64,000 nt of DNA from contig JBBRPA010000003.1 in assembly GCA_038228695.1 (NCBI GenBank), positions 25,775-89,774 of the forward strand, in the 5' to 3' direction. Source of the stretch: Chthoniobacterales bacterium. GTDB taxonomy: Bacteria; Verrucomicrobiota; Verrucomicrobiia; Chthoniobacterales; DASVRZ01. Numbering within the stretch: the first letter of the stretch is position 1; every line of letters begins with the position of its first letter. The translations under genes and the position numbers were made by a program. The notes beneath the pieces were generated by a model, which was not told where the DNA came from, did no database searches, and saw nothing but the letters and a program-made list of their open reading frames with translations. Of the stretch, positions 23,507-33,362 are shown in pieces.

Positions 23507-23796
23507 CCCTCTCACCATCTGCGCGTCGCGATCTCCGCGACATCGTGCGTTATATCTCGTTGGACTCACCGGAGCGCGCCGTTTCCTTCGGTCAGTTTTT
23601 GCTCAACAGCACCAAGCGTTTAGCAGATTTTCCCGAGATGGGGCGCGTCGTTCCGGAGTTTGATGTTCCATCGATTCGCGAGATTGTCGTTCGTTCCTAT
23701 CGTGTGATCCATCGGGTCGATCACGGAGATTGTCGTGTGGACGTTGCCCGATTCTGGCACGGTGCTCGCGGAACTCCCAAAATCGGTAGTGTCTGA
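23491..23796 (+). CDS. parE: type II toxin-antitoxin system RelE/ParE-family toxin
   Basis: 101 aa with the typical ParE pattern: ALSPSARRDLRDIVRYI, RLADFPEMGRVVPEF, IREIVVRSYRVIHRV and RFWHGARG. Confidence 0.8.
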   Translation: MGYQVALSPSARRDLRDIVRYISLDSPERAVSFGQFLLNSTKRLADFPEMGRVVPEFDVPSIREIVVRSYRVIHRVDHGDCRVDVARFWHGARGTPKIGSV

Positions 23797-23855
23797 CCGC
23801 CATCTTTTCACAATCTCGATATTGCATTGCTGGCGCAGTCCTTTACCGTCCGCGC

Positions 23856-25778
23856 ATGACTGAAACTTGGGACATTCCCTCCGCCATTTCGCTTTACAAT
23901 ATCGACCGCTGGGGCACCGGCTATTTTGGCATTAATGCCAAGGGCCACGTTGAAGTGATGCCGACCCGCGAAAAGGATAAATCCATCGACATCATGGAGG
24001 TGATCGATGATGCGAAAAGTCGCGGGCTGACCTTTCCGATGGTGATCCGGTTTCAGGATTTACTGCGGCATCGGGTGGCAACGATCAACAAGGCGTTCGG
24101 CGATGCGATCGTGGATGCAGGCTATCGGAATGTTTACAAAGGTGTCTTCCCGATCAAGGTGAACCAGCTCCGCGAGGTGGTCGAAGAGATTGTGGATGCC
24201 GGATTGCCGTTTCATTTCGGGCTGGAAGCTGGGAGCAAGCCGGAGTTGCTCGCGGCACTCGCGGCGCATGAGGACCCGGAGAGTCTGATTATTTGCAATG
24301 GCTATAAGGATTCCGCTTTTATCCAGAATGCATTGTTAGGAATCCGACTCGGCAAACAGGTCATTATGGTCGTCGAGAAGTTGGAAGAGGTGCGGCACAT
24401 TTTGCAGGTCTCAAAGGAGATGGGGATCGAGCCGATGATCGGGTTGCGCGTGCGTCTGCAAGCAAAAGGGTCGGGCAAATGGGCGACGAGCGGAGGCGAG
24501 AATGCGAAGTTTGGTCTCTCGACGGCGGATCTGGTGTTGGCGTCGGAGATGTTGAAAAAGGAAGGGTTGGCGCATTGTTTGAGGTTGGTCCATTTCCACG
24601 TCGGATCGCAGGTGCCGGACATCGGGGTGATCAAGCGCGCGGTGCGCGAAGCGGCAAGGTTTTACGCGAAGCTGGCGAAGATGGGACACACCATGGGCTT
24701 CCTCGATGTGGGCGGCGGACTCGGGATTGATTACGACGGTTCACGCACGGCTTTTGATAGTTCGATGAATTACAGCACGCAGGAGTATGCGCGCGACATC
24801 GTGTATAACATCATGGAAGTGTGCGATTCGGAGTCCGTGGCGCATCCGGTGATCGTAAGTGAAAGCGGGCGGGCAATTGTGGCGCATCACAGCGTTTTGT
24901 TAGTCGAGGCATTTGGTGCGATTGAAAAAAGTAAATCGCAGTTGGGGGTGGAAGCGGAGGCCGACGATCCAAAGCAAGTGGCAGATATATTAGAGATTCA
25001 AAAAACGCTCTCGCGTCAGAACCGGATGGAGTGTTTCCACGATGCGCAGCAGATCCGCGAGCAAGCCCAGTCGATGTTTGATCTCGGCCTTCTCGAGCTC
25101 GAGCACAAAGCAAAGATCGAGACGGTTTACTGGCAGATCGCGACCGAGATTGTGCATCACTGCAAGGGTCTGCGCTACATTCCTGAAGAGGTGAAGGAGC
25201 TCGAGACGGCGCTTGGCGATCAGTATTTGTGCAACTTTTCCGTCTTCCAATCACTGCTCGATCACTGGGCGCTGGGTCAGTTGTTTCCGATCATGCCAGT
25301 GCATCAGCTCGACCAGCACCCGGACCGCAACGGAACCCTAGTGGACATTACCTGCGATTCGGACGGAAAAATTAGCAAATTTATTGATCTCGAGGATGTG
25401 AAGGGCACGCTCGCGTTGCACAAGCTGGAACCGGGCCGGCCCTACTATCTCGGTTTCTTTTTGATGGGCGCCTATCAGGACATTATGGGCGATTTGCACA
25501 ATCTCTTTGGTCGCGTGAATGAGGCTCACGTCTTTCTCGATGAGGATGAGGAGGATGGTTTTTACATCGAGGAGACGATTGAGGGCAGCACGATTGGGAA
25601 TGTGCTCGGCATGACCCAATGGAACACGAACGAACTGATGCGACTTGTGAAGGCCCAGGTCGATGCGGCGATCAAAAGCGACCGGCTGAAACCAAATGAG
25701 GCCATGCGGCTTCTCGGTCACTACGAGAAGGGCCTGAAGGATTACACCTACCTGACCTTTCCGGAGACAACCGTTTAG
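23856..25778 (+). CDS. speA: biosynthetic arginine decarboxylase
   Basis: 640 aa. N-terminus WDIPSAISLYNIDRWGTGYFGINAKGHVEV, PLP-lysine region GVFPIKVNQ, plus HFHVGSQ, LDVGGGLGIDYDG and SESGRAIVAHHS. Confidence 0.95.
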   Translation: MTETWDIPSAISLYNIDRWGTGYFGINAKGHVEVMPTREKDKSIDIMEVIDDAKSRGLTFPMVIRFQDLLRHRVATINKAFGDAIVDAGYRNVYKGVFPIKVNQLREVVEEIVDAGLPFHFGLEAGSKPELLAALAAHEDPESLIICNGYKDSAFIQNALLGIRLGKQVIMVVEKLEEVRHILQVSKEMGIEPMIGLRVRLQAKGSGKWATSGGENAKFGLSTADLVLASEMLKKEGLAHCLRLVHFHVGSQVPDIGVIKRAVREAARFYAKLAKMGHTMGFLDVGGGLGIDYDGSRTAFDSSMNYSTQEYARDIVYNIMEVCDSESVAHPVIVSESGRAIVAHHSVLLVEAFGAIEKSKSQLGVEAEADDPKQVADILEIQKTLSRQNRMECFHDAQQIREQAQSMFDLGLLELEHKAKIETVYWQIATEIVHHCKGLRYIPEEVKELETALGDQYLCNFSVFQSLLDHWALGQLFPIMPVHQLDQHPDRNGTLVDITCDSDGKISKFIDLEDVKGTLALHKLEPGRPYYLGFFLMGAYQDIMGDLHNLFGRVNEAHVFLDEDEEDGFYIEETIEGSTIGNVLGMTQWNTNELMRLVKAQVDAAIKSDRLKPNEAMRLLGHYEKGLKDYTYLTFPETTV

Positions 25779-25840
25779 GCGCGGCAGGTGCCGAAGACAA
25801 ACGCACTTGGCGAAACCTCCTCCTGTGCTACGATGCTCCC

Positions 25841-26176
25841 ATGGAAACTCCAGTCATCACAGCTTACTTAAAAACCCAATGCGGTTGGAGCGGCGGCGTC
25901 CGCGCCATCCTCGCTAAATACCATCTTCAATATACTGAAAAAGATATCATCCAAAATCCGGCTTTTCGCTGGGAGATGGAGCAAAAAAGCGGTCAGCCAC
26001 TTTCGCCCTGCGTGGAAATCAATGGAACGATGCTGTCGGACATCTCCGGTGACGAAGTGGAGCAATATCTTTTGCGCGAAGGCTTGATCGGCAAAAACGA
26101 CGCGCCGGTTGCGGTTCCAACCAATGCTCCCTGCACCGACGAGCAACATGCAGCGATGCTGAATGTGAAGTTCTGA
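25841..26176 (+). CDS. glutaredoxin-fold protein with a single-Cys CGWS motif
   Basis: ITAYLKTQCGWSGGVRAIL...YTEKDI...SPCVEINGTMLSD matches a Grx/NrdH-like fold, with CGWS in place of CPYC. Confidence 0.6.
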   Translation: METPVITAYLKTQCGWSGGVRAILAKYHLQYTEKDIIQNPAFRWEMEQKSGQPLSPCVEINGTMLSDISGDEVEQYLLREGLIGKNDAPVAVPTNAPCTDEQHAAMLNVKF

Positions 26177-26179
26177 GTT

Positions 26180-26659
26180 TTGTCGGAGCCGTCGAAAATC
26201 TCCGTTCTCTGGGGAAGGGTCAAGGGCTGGCCGTTTGTTTCCTGTTTTGCCATAGTGCTCGCATTGCAGTTGATTGGGGAAAATTTTCCGTTTTCCCCTT
26301 TCCCGATGTATTCGAGCTTCTCGAAGGAAACAACGGTCCTTTACGTGACGGATGGACAGGACAAGACGCTGGCGATCAAGGATTATTTCCGGCTCGACGC
26401 CTCGAAAGTTAAAAAGGCTTATGTGAAGCGCCTGATCGCGATTTGCAAAAAAAAGGGTTACAGCGACGGCGACGCCAAGGCGGAGGACTTGCAGGAAGCG
26501 GGCAAATATCTGGTGAACTTTCTTCCTACCCAGGCGAGAAGCTCGCAGGTGGAGGGTAAATTGCGAGCAAACGGATTCCGGATTTACCGCTTGTCGTTGG
26601 AGATGACCAAAACGGGCATCCGTGAATCGACCGAACTGGTGGGAGAAAGCCAGCCATGA
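26180..26659 (+). CDS. hypothetical N-terminally anchored protein (159 aa), possible SdpA-like partner of the downstream membrane protein
   Basis: Single N-terminal TM (WPFVSCFAIVLALQLIG). Its stop overlaps the next ATG (ATGA). TTG start as annotated. The family call is tentative. Confidence 0.45.
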   Translation: MSEPSKISVLWGRVKGWPFVSCFAIVLALQLIGENFPFSPFPMYSSFSKETTVLYVTDGQDKTLAIKDYFRLDASKVKKAYVKRLIAICKKKGYSDGDAKAEDLQEAGKYLVNFLPTQARSSQVEGKLRANGFRIYRLSLEMTKTGIRESTELVGESQP

Positions 26660-27531
26660 AGCTGAATCTCCGCGAAGAGGTGGTGCGCTACGCGTCGTGG
26701 GAAATGTTCCTGATGCGCCTTTTTCTGCTCGGGCCGTGTTGGAGTTTAATCCAGCGCAATATGGGGAACGTGCAACCGGAGCCAAACGGGATCGCCCATT
26801 TCATCGATTTGACGTTTCTCGCCAATCCGACGGTGCAAACCGGAGTAACGATTGCCTTTTTGGTAGCTGGTCTGCTCTATGTGTTGGACCGCTTTGCGAT
26901 AGGAGGACTGGCAGTGTTGACGGCCATCATGGTGGCGAAAGGGACGCTGGTGAACTCGCAGGGGGCGATCAACCACTCGCAGCAACTTGTCACGCTTGTC
27001 TTGCTGACCCAGTTGCTGGTGCAGATCGTCGCTGTCGGCAAGAAATGGCCACTGTTGCAAAAAAATATTCAAGCCGTCCATTGGACGAAAGTAATCATCG
27101 CGGCAAGTTATGTTTCGGCGGCGTTTGAGAAACTGTTCGCCAGCAGCGAATTCTGGGTCGCGCGGGTGCCGTATCTTGCCTTGCAAATCATCAAGTCGAA
27201 TTTGCAAGCCTTCTATACCAATCTGGAGCCAATGGCGACCGGCGTGGTGGCCTCGTTTCCGTATTGGGTGGTGGAGAATCCGAATCTGGCGCGAGTGTTT
27301 TTCAGCGGCGGATTAGTGCTGGAGTTAGTCGCTTTTCTGGCACTCATCAATCGGCGCTGGGCACTGGGCATCGGGCTAGCCATGTTGTTCCTGCACGAAT
27401 CGATTAGCTATCTGATGAAGATTGACTTCAAAAATCATACCGGGTTGATCCTCATTTTTTTCGTCAACGTGCCGTGGCTGCTGGTGAATGCGTCTCGCCA
27501 GTTACGAGGAGCTAGAACTGGAAATAAATAA
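26656..27531 (+). CDS. HTTM-like (vitamin-K-carboxylase-related / SdpB-like) polytopic membrane protein
   Basis: 291 aa with multiple TM helices. The INHSQQLVTLVLLTQLL segment resembles the HTTM 'NH..L..LL' core. Assignment is by pattern recognition only. Confidence 0.45.
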   Translation: MKLNLREEVVRYASWEMFLMRLFLLGPCWSLIQRNMGNVQPEPNGIAHFIDLTFLANPTVQTGVTIAFLVAGLLYVLDRFAIGGLAVLTAIMVAKGTLVNSQGAINHSQQLVTLVLLTQLLVQIVAVGKKWPLLQKNIQAVHWTKVIIAASYVSAAFEKLFASSEFWVARVPYLALQIIKSNLQAFYTNLEPMATGVVASFPYWVVENPNLARVFFSGGLVLELVAFLALINRRWALGIGLAMLFLHESISYLMKIDFKNHTGLILIFFVNVPWLLVNASRQLRGARTGNK

Positions 27532-28915
27532 AGTCGCTCGTGACGTTGTTCGAGGCGATCAACGTGAGCGCTAACAGCAGGATGGCGACAATGGTTTGGC
27601 CGATCCAGACGGGCCAGGTATGCGATTGGGGGAGCCAGTTTTTGATGCGGTTTTCCAGAAGCGCATGAAGAATAATGGGTATGGAAAACAGAATGGCAGC
27701 CATCGCGAAAAAAGCTCCGATCCGCCAGTCGTCGATGCTGGCATTCCATGGGAGTTGTTGAAAATGCTGCCAGAGACGCGTGGTGTTTTGTTCGCGAAAC
27801 ATCAGCCAGCCGATATTCACAATGCCGAAGGTGAGGAGCCATTTCAGTGTCGTGGGTGTTCTTACAAAGTGTGGAGATTTCATTTCCAACCAACGCCACC
27901 CGACCAAAGCCAGACCATGCCAGGCGCCCCAGAGAATGAAGTTCCAACTCGCGCCATGCCAGAGGCCGGAGAGCAGGAAGGTGACGAGCAAATTGCGAAC
28001 GATCATTCTTTCTGCGCAACGCGATCCACCAAGGGGGATAAAGACGTAATCGCGAAACCATTTGCTCAGTGAAATGTGCCAGCGATGCCAGAAATCCGAC
28101 GGACTGGTGGCAGCGTAAGGGTGGTTGAAGTTCAACATGAGTTCGAAGCCCATGAGCTTGGCAACACCGCGGGCGATGTCAGTGTAGCCCGAAAAATCGG
28201 CGTAAATCTGCACGCAAAAGCAGAGCGTGCCCGCCCAAATGATCGGAAAGCTGGGATCACTAAGAGCGAAGGCTTTGTTGCAATAAATCGCGACGTTGTC
28301 GGCGATGACCCGCTTTTTGCAAAGGCCCCAGATAATGAGCAAGAGTCCATTGCGCGCCTCAACAAGATCGAAGCGTCGTTTTTTTTGAAACTGCACGAGC
28401 ATGTGCCCGGCCCTTTCGATCGGCCCGGCAACCAACTGTGGGAAAAACGAGAGGTAACTCCCGTAATCAAGCAGGTTGCGACAAGCTTTGATCTGGCCGC
28501 GATAAACATCAACGACGTAGGAACAGCTTTGAAAGGTGTAAAACGAAATTCCAACCGGAAGCAAAACCTGCCAGTGCGGTGTGACCCAATTCAATCCTAG
28601 CACCTGCAAGAGGCTCCCGATGTTATCGATGAAGAAATTGCAGTATTTCAGCGACGCCAATAAACTAAAATTCACGGTTAAAATAATGGCTAGAACCCAT
28701 TTCTTCTTGGCCGGATGATCTTCAATCAACTGCGCTGCAAAGAAGTCTAGAAAAGTGGTGGCTACTAACAAAAACACCCACCAATGCGTGACGTAGCCAT
28801 AGAAAAAATAACTGGCTGCAATGAGAAAGGCGTTCTGCGCTTTCCGCGGCAGACTCCAATACAGCGCAAGAACGATGATGAAGAAAACGAGAAAGTCGAT
28901 GCTGTGAAAAATCAT
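27512..28915 (-). CDS. MBOAT-family membrane O-acyltransferase (AlgI/DltB/PatA-like)
   Basis: Motifs SPSDFWHRWHISLSKWFRDYVFIPLGGSR and LLSGLWHGASWNFILWG. Start refined to MIFHSIDFLVFF (ATG 28915), which overlaps the upstream stop as ATGA. Confidence 0.9.
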   Translation of the reverse strand: MIFHSIDFLVFFIIVLALYWSLPRKAQNAFLIAASYFFYGYVTHWWVFLLVATTFLDFFAAQLIEDHPAKKKWVLAIILTVNFSLLASLKYCNFFIDNIGSLLQVLGLNWVTPHWQVLLPVGISFYTFQSCSYVVDVYRGQIKACRNLLDYGSYLSFFPQLVAGPIERAGHMLVQFQKKRRFDLVEARNGLLLIIWGLCKKRVIADNVAIYCNKAFALSDPSFPIIWAGTLCFCVQIYADFSGYTDIARGVAKLMGFELMLNFNHPYAATSPSDFWHRWHISLSKWFRDYVFIPLGGSRCAERMIVRNLLVTFLLSGLWHGASWNFILWGAWHGLALVGWRWLEMKSPHFVRTPTTLKWLLTFGIVNIGWLMFREQNTTRLWQHFQQLPWNASIDDWRIGAFFAMAAILFSIPIILHALLENRIKNWLPQSHTWPVWIGQTIVAILLLALTLIASNNVTSDFIYFQF

Positions 28916-29955
28916 GGCAGAAGCGGCTCCATTCGTTGCCAAAAATAGCTTGTCCACCAGGGTTTCGCAGCGTCCGAGAGATGGTCGCCATCCTGATACA
29001 TTTCCAGAGTGATCGCAGGGTCGTTGGTCTCATCGAAGAAAACACAATGCTGCTCTTCCAGCCAGGAACGGAGGTTTTTCGTGTAGGTAATCAGCTCATC
29101 GGTTTGCGGCGTCACGTTTTGTATATTTGGACGACATTTGACCCTAAAAAAGACGAGGGAAATGTGACTTTCTTGGCCGAGCGCAATGAGATGTGGCAGG
29201 AAGGAGTTTCTCGGTGATGGATCGAAGAGGCGAGGGCGTCCATCCTCGGAATTATCGACCGCGGAACCCTCAGGTGCGAGTTCCGCAGCAATGTCGGCAC
29301 GGAGCGAAGTGAGGCTGAATCGCTGGGCCATGAATGCTTTACGTTCGTCTTTCTTTTGTCCAAAAGCCGTGAAGTCGAGGGCGAGATTTTCCAGTCTGGT
29401 ATGATAAGCGGAGGAAGCTGTCTGCGAGTAAAGCAGGCCCGCTGGTTCCACCAGCCAACGTCGCATCCAGCCAACGCCGTCCCAAGGTTTGGGCACATCG
29501 GGCAAAAGCAGACGGGTAACGAGCGGATCGTCGCCGAGCCGCACCCGATCGAGGTTGGCGTGATACAGACCCGCGACCCGAAAGCGGGGCCACGTAAGGT
29601 ATTGGTTTCGAAAAATGAAGAGGATCGCGCGAGGTTTGACGCCAGAACGGAGAATGACATTTTTCACATACAAATACCAAGCCGCCGAACTGGCACCGCC
29701 TCGGGCATAGAAGAAAAAACGTTTCCCACTGAGTTGTGAAATGACTTCCTGATCCATGCGGGTCGTGAGCATGGAATCGCCGATGACGATGTAATCGGGG
29801 CTGGCTCTTTTTAGATCTTCGATCAGCCCGGGAAGTTCATCCGAAACAGGAACTAGATCACGTTTGTTAGCATACAATCGGAAAGCGGCCAGAGCACCCA
29901 TGGCGACCACCAGGAAAAATAGAACGAGCTGCCAGAAAGTGGATTTACGCAGCAT
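28912..29955 (-). CDS. SGNH/DltD/AlgJ-like accessory protein of the MBOAT acyltransferase
   Basis: N-terminal anchor FWQLVLFFLVVAMGALAAF. Block-I-like IVIGDSM, ARGGAS, and block-V-like DGDHL. Translationally coupled to the MBOAT gene. Confidence 0.55.
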   Translation of the reverse strand: MLRKSTFWQLVLFFLVVAMGALAAFRLYANKRDLVPVSDELPGLIEDLKRASPDYIVIGDSMLTTRMDQEVISQLSGKRFFFYARGGASSAAWYLYVKNVILRSGVKPRAILFIFRNQYLTWPRFRVAGLYHANLDRVRLGDDPLVTRLLLPDVPKPWDGVGWMRRWLVEPAGLLYSQTASSAYHTRLENLALDFTAFGQKKDERKAFMAQRFSLTSLRADIAAELAPEGSAVDNSEDGRPRLFDPSPRNSFLPHLIALGQESHISLVFFRVKCRPNIQNVTPQTDELITYTKNLRSWLEEQHCVFFDETNDPAITLEMYQDGDHLSDAAKPWWTSYFWQRMEPLLP

Positions 29956-29958
29956 GAC

Positions 29959-31470
29959 TTATCGATCGGGAGCAATCTGGTAGAGTCGGATACCAGGGTG
30001 CAGGTAAATAATGTCGCTCACCGGACTCTCCCAAACGGGTTTGCCGGTGGCGAAGAGTTCTTTGTAAAACGTGGTCCGTCGATCAAAGTCCGCCTTCCCT
30101 TTGGCTTGGGGTTTCAACGTGCCATTGAGGAAGCGATTGTAGCTTTGGCGGGTGACGGCGACGTAACGGATATTTTTCTGCCGCAACTCTTCAAGTGATC
30201 CAAGGTCGGCGACAAATTCCGAGGTGAGCACGGTGCGATTTTTCCAAATCGAGGAGGCAAGCAGATCAACGCGTTCGTCTTGAGCGATGAGCGCCTGAGG
30301 AGTGGTCTTTTGGTCAATCCACCGTCGCAGGCCGTCGCGGGAATCGGTAGAAAAATCGCCGTAGAGATGATGGAGGCCTGGCCAACTAAAGGCTATTCCC
30401 GCCATCACCGTCAGACTGGAACCAATGACTAAAAGTGACCGAATTCCCCTTGGCGAATTCGGGTGCAGCAGGAGTCCGGGCGAGAGACCCGCCAGAAACG
30501 AAAAGAGCATGGTAACAGGCAGGACGTAGCGGGTGGCCGTCTTCGGGGAGAAGGATAACAACGCCACGAACAAAAAAGGAAATAGCAGGGTGAGAATCTG
30601 AGAGGTCTTCCAATTTTTCCACTGCCCGAGAAAGAGAACGAGTGTCAGAGCAAGCCCAAGCCAAACGGCGAAGGGAGTTATTTCGCGGAGCTTAGCCAAA
30701 TAATAAGCATGCGGAACATCGCGGGTGAGTCCCCGATGTCCTTCGGTGGCTCCATTCATTTCGCGTCCCAAGCCGTGACTGAAATCGGCGAAATGGCGCA
30801 AAAGTTGCCAATTGATTGCGGCTATGGTGAGCAGCAATGCTAAGGTAAACCATAGAGAAAGTTGTGCGTTTTTCTTGCGGCAGTTAAGGAGCAATAACGG
30901 CAATACGATCACCAAAACTACGGCGCCAAGGTATTTACCCGAAATGGCCAGGGCAGTGGCCACGCCGAGAAAGATTGCCGTTTGCGGACGCGGAGTGATC
31001 CAGAAAAAATCGAGCGCCAGAAAAGTCAACGCCAGACCAAAAAGCAACGCTGAATCTTCTTTGAAATAATGCGCCAACTCGAAGCCCAGCGGATTCAGAA
31101 TCAGCAGAAAAGCCGCCCCAATAGCGGAAAGCCAACCGCCCCAGCGCCAGGCGAGGAGGGACAACGCTACTACCGTCAACGCCGTGAAAACTGCCGAAAC
31201 CCAACGTCCAATAATCGCGGCATTGAGAGGATTCTTGCTTACGAACCCAGCTTGGTAAGCCGCGCTGGTGGTCGTTAATAGGAGTAGAGGATGAAAGAAA
31301 TTGCGCTTTCCGGTGACGATTTGATGGACCTTGGTGTCTTCATCGGGGTGATAGGTGTAAGGAAAAGTATTGTGGCGCGTGCAGACAATCAACGTGGTCG
31401 CTCCGACTAAAATCAAAAAAATCAGCAACCGCCAGTTGGGGAGGGCAGGGGATGGGAAAACAGATGACAC
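29959..31470 (-). CDS. GT-C fold membrane glycosyltransferase (ArnT/PMT, GT39/GT83-like)
   Basis: About 11 TM helices plus a C-terminal periplasmic domain, with an acidic first-loop motif YHPDEDTK. The maximal ORF reaches 31620 but would overlap the divergent gene. GTG 31470 (MSSVFPSPALPNWRLLIFLIL) is proposed, so the start is uncertain. Confidence 0.7.
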   Translation of the reverse strand: MSSVFPSPALPNWRLLIFLILVGATTLIVCTRHNTFPYTYHPDEDTKVHQIVTGKRNFFHPLLLLTTTSAAYQAGFVSKNPLNAAIIGRWVSAVFTALTVVALSLLAWRWGGWLSAIGAAFLLILNPLGFELAHYFKEDSALLFGLALTFLALDFFWITPRPQTAIFLGVATALAISGKYLGAVVLVIVLPLLLLNCRKKNAQLSLWFTLALLLTIAAINWQLLRHFADFSHGLGREMNGATEGHRGLTRDVPHAYYLAKLREITPFAVWLGLALTLVLFLGQWKNWKTSQILTLLFPFLFVALLSFSPKTATRYVLPVTMLFSFLAGLSPGLLLHPNSPRGIRSLLVIGSSLTVMAGIAFSWPGLHHLYGDFSTDSRDGLRRWIDQKTTPQALIAQDERVDLLASSIWKNRTVLTSEFVADLGSLEELRQKNIRYVAVTRQSYNRFLNGTLKPQAKGKADFDRRTTFYKELFATGKPVWESPVSDIIYLHPGIRLYQIAPDR

Positions 31471-31568
31471 AATCCAAAAATAAATTTTCCCGCGTGCTTG
31501 GCGAGCGCAAATCTCCAATGGGTAAATGCTGGTCAAAATCGCCCGCTGACGCCATTTTGATCTGCTGA

Positions 31569-33362
31569 ATGATGAATTTCCTACTTCCGTTGACCCGTCT
31601 GGCCTCCTCGATTGGCGCAAAACTGGATGTGCTGGTGAAGGGTTTAGACGCTGTGGGGAAACGCGCGTTCGTTTTTTACACCGACCGTAATTCCCGTTGG
31701 ACGAAGCCGTGGACGCGTTGGCTGGAAATAGTCGCCGCGCTCCTCCTTGTCGCGGCGTCCTGCTTCTATCTTTTCCAAGTCGGGCAAATCATGGTCACAA
31801 ACCCATTGCAAGGCGACGAAGTAGGTACGATCAAATCCTTCAGCTCACGCGGAGCTGGTTACGTCGCGACCCACTATGGCGTGGCGAAGAACCATATATT
31901 CTTCAACCTCCTCAACGCGTGGACACCGGGGCACAAAGAATACATTCCGTGGCGTGGACGGCTCTGGTCCTACGTGGCGTTTGCGGCTTTGCTGGGATTG
32001 GCGCTGCGATTTTTTATCCGGCGGCAATGGTATCTGGAAGGCGCGTTGTTTTTCTTCTTTTCGACGACTAGTCAGAAAATGCTGGAAACAAATCTCGCGG
32101 CTCGTGGTTATGGATTGCTGGCGTTTTTCACCTTGGCCGGATGTCTGCTGGTGCATCGTTATTTTGAAAAACCGAGCTGGAACCCCATCGCCTGGCTCTG
32201 TCTTTGCGTGACTCTTGGTACTTATACGATGCCTCATTACATTCTTTTCGGTGGCGTTCTGATTTTCCTGCTCTTCCTGCGCACATGGGATTGGCGCGTC
32301 TGTCTTGGCGGCATCGCCACCGTCATAGTGATTGGGCTACTCTACGCGCCAGTCTTCACGCAGCTTACGCAAGTGGTAGATAAATACGCCGATACTTATG
32401 GCGATTCCTATCCCGATTTCAACGCGGTTTACACAACGATCAACTACTACCTCTTGGAACAAAAACCGTGGGTCGTTTTCGCAGCTCTGGCTAGTACTTT
32501 GCTCGCTCCCTTCGTTCTCTGGACGCGAACCGAGGCCACTGCCAAAGCGCTCCAGCTTCTCGTTGTCACCGCGTTTGTGTTCTTTGTTATCTGCCTAAAA
32601 ATGGAGACGCCCCGTCTGCGCACAACGGATTTCGTAACCATTCCCTTGCTCTTTAGCGGAGTGCTCGGGGCGGGGCGTATTTACCGGCATCCGAACATCT
32701 CTTTCTGGCGACCCTTTCTTGCCATCGCCTGCGTGATTCCCTTGAGCTTTGGCACATGGACTCAAGCGAACAGTTTCCGTTTTACTCCTAAGGAAAACTA
32801 TCTCGGCTCTGCCAAAATCATCCAAGCCATTTTCCCTGCCGGGGTTGCTATTCACGTTAACGAACGCCCCGACAAACTCGAACACACTCTCCCGAAAAAC
32901 TATGTCCGTCCCGTTCCCTTCGACCCGGCAGTATGGAAGGTGGGCGAACTTGTGATGCTAGATTCCGATTTTCGAGCGATCGATCGATTTAAACCGGAGA
33001 GTCTCAGTCCCGGTGCAATCGAGCTTCGGGTCAAGCAGTCAAAAGGGGCTTATCAAGCCCTCTCATTCGTGCCGCCAGAAAATGATCTTATCGTTTGGAC
33101 CGAGACCACGCCGGGGAATGTCGAAATCAAAATCAAAGCCGGTGCACCGCTTTATTCCCTTAATATTCTCGTCTCCGGAAGTTCCACCGGGGTCTTGAAA
33201 TTTCTCAACGAAACGAGCTTTTCCCGAAAGCTGCAATTCTTCCCATCGCAACAGGGAGCGCTCTACACCATCACCGGAATCGGCAAGCCGCCTTCGGCTC
33301 TGCGTATCGCACTTGATCCGCCTACGCCGGTTTTGAAAATTTGGGCTGTTCCCGCGCGATGA
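31569..33362 (+). CDS. GT-C-like polytopic membrane protein (putative glycosyltransferase) with C-terminal soluble domain
   Basis: 597 aa with an N-terminal multi-TM region and the first-loop motif LQGDEVGT. The C-terminal ~190 aa are non-membrane. Confidence 0.55.
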   Translation: MMNFLLPLTRLASSIGAKLDVLVKGLDAVGKRAFVFYTDRNSRWTKPWTRWLEIVAALLLVAASCFYLFQVGQIMVTNPLQGDEVGTIKSFSSRGAGYVATHYGVAKNHIFFNLLNAWTPGHKEYIPWRGRLWSYVAFAALLGLALRFFIRRQWYLEGALFFFFSTTSQKMLETNLAARGYGLLAFFTLAGCLLVHRYFEKPSWNPIAWLCLCVTLGTYTMPHYILFGGVLIFLLFLRTWDWRVCLGGIATVIVIGLLYAPVFTQLTQVVDKYADTYGDSYPDFNAVYTTINYYLLEQKPWVVFAALASTLLAPFVLWTRTEATAKALQLLVVTAFVFFVICLKMETPRLRTTDFVTIPLLFSGVLGAGRIYRHPNISFWRPFLAIACVIPLSFGTWTQANSFRFTPKENYLGSAKIIQAIFPAGVAIHVNERPDKLEHTLPKNYVRPVPFDPAVWKVGELVMLDSDFRAIDRFKPESLSPGAIELRVKQSKGAYQALSFVPPENDLIVWTETTPGNVEIKIKAGAPLYSLNILVSGSSTGVLKFLNETSFSRKLQFFPSQQGALYTITGIGKPPSALRIALDPPTPVLKIWAVPAR

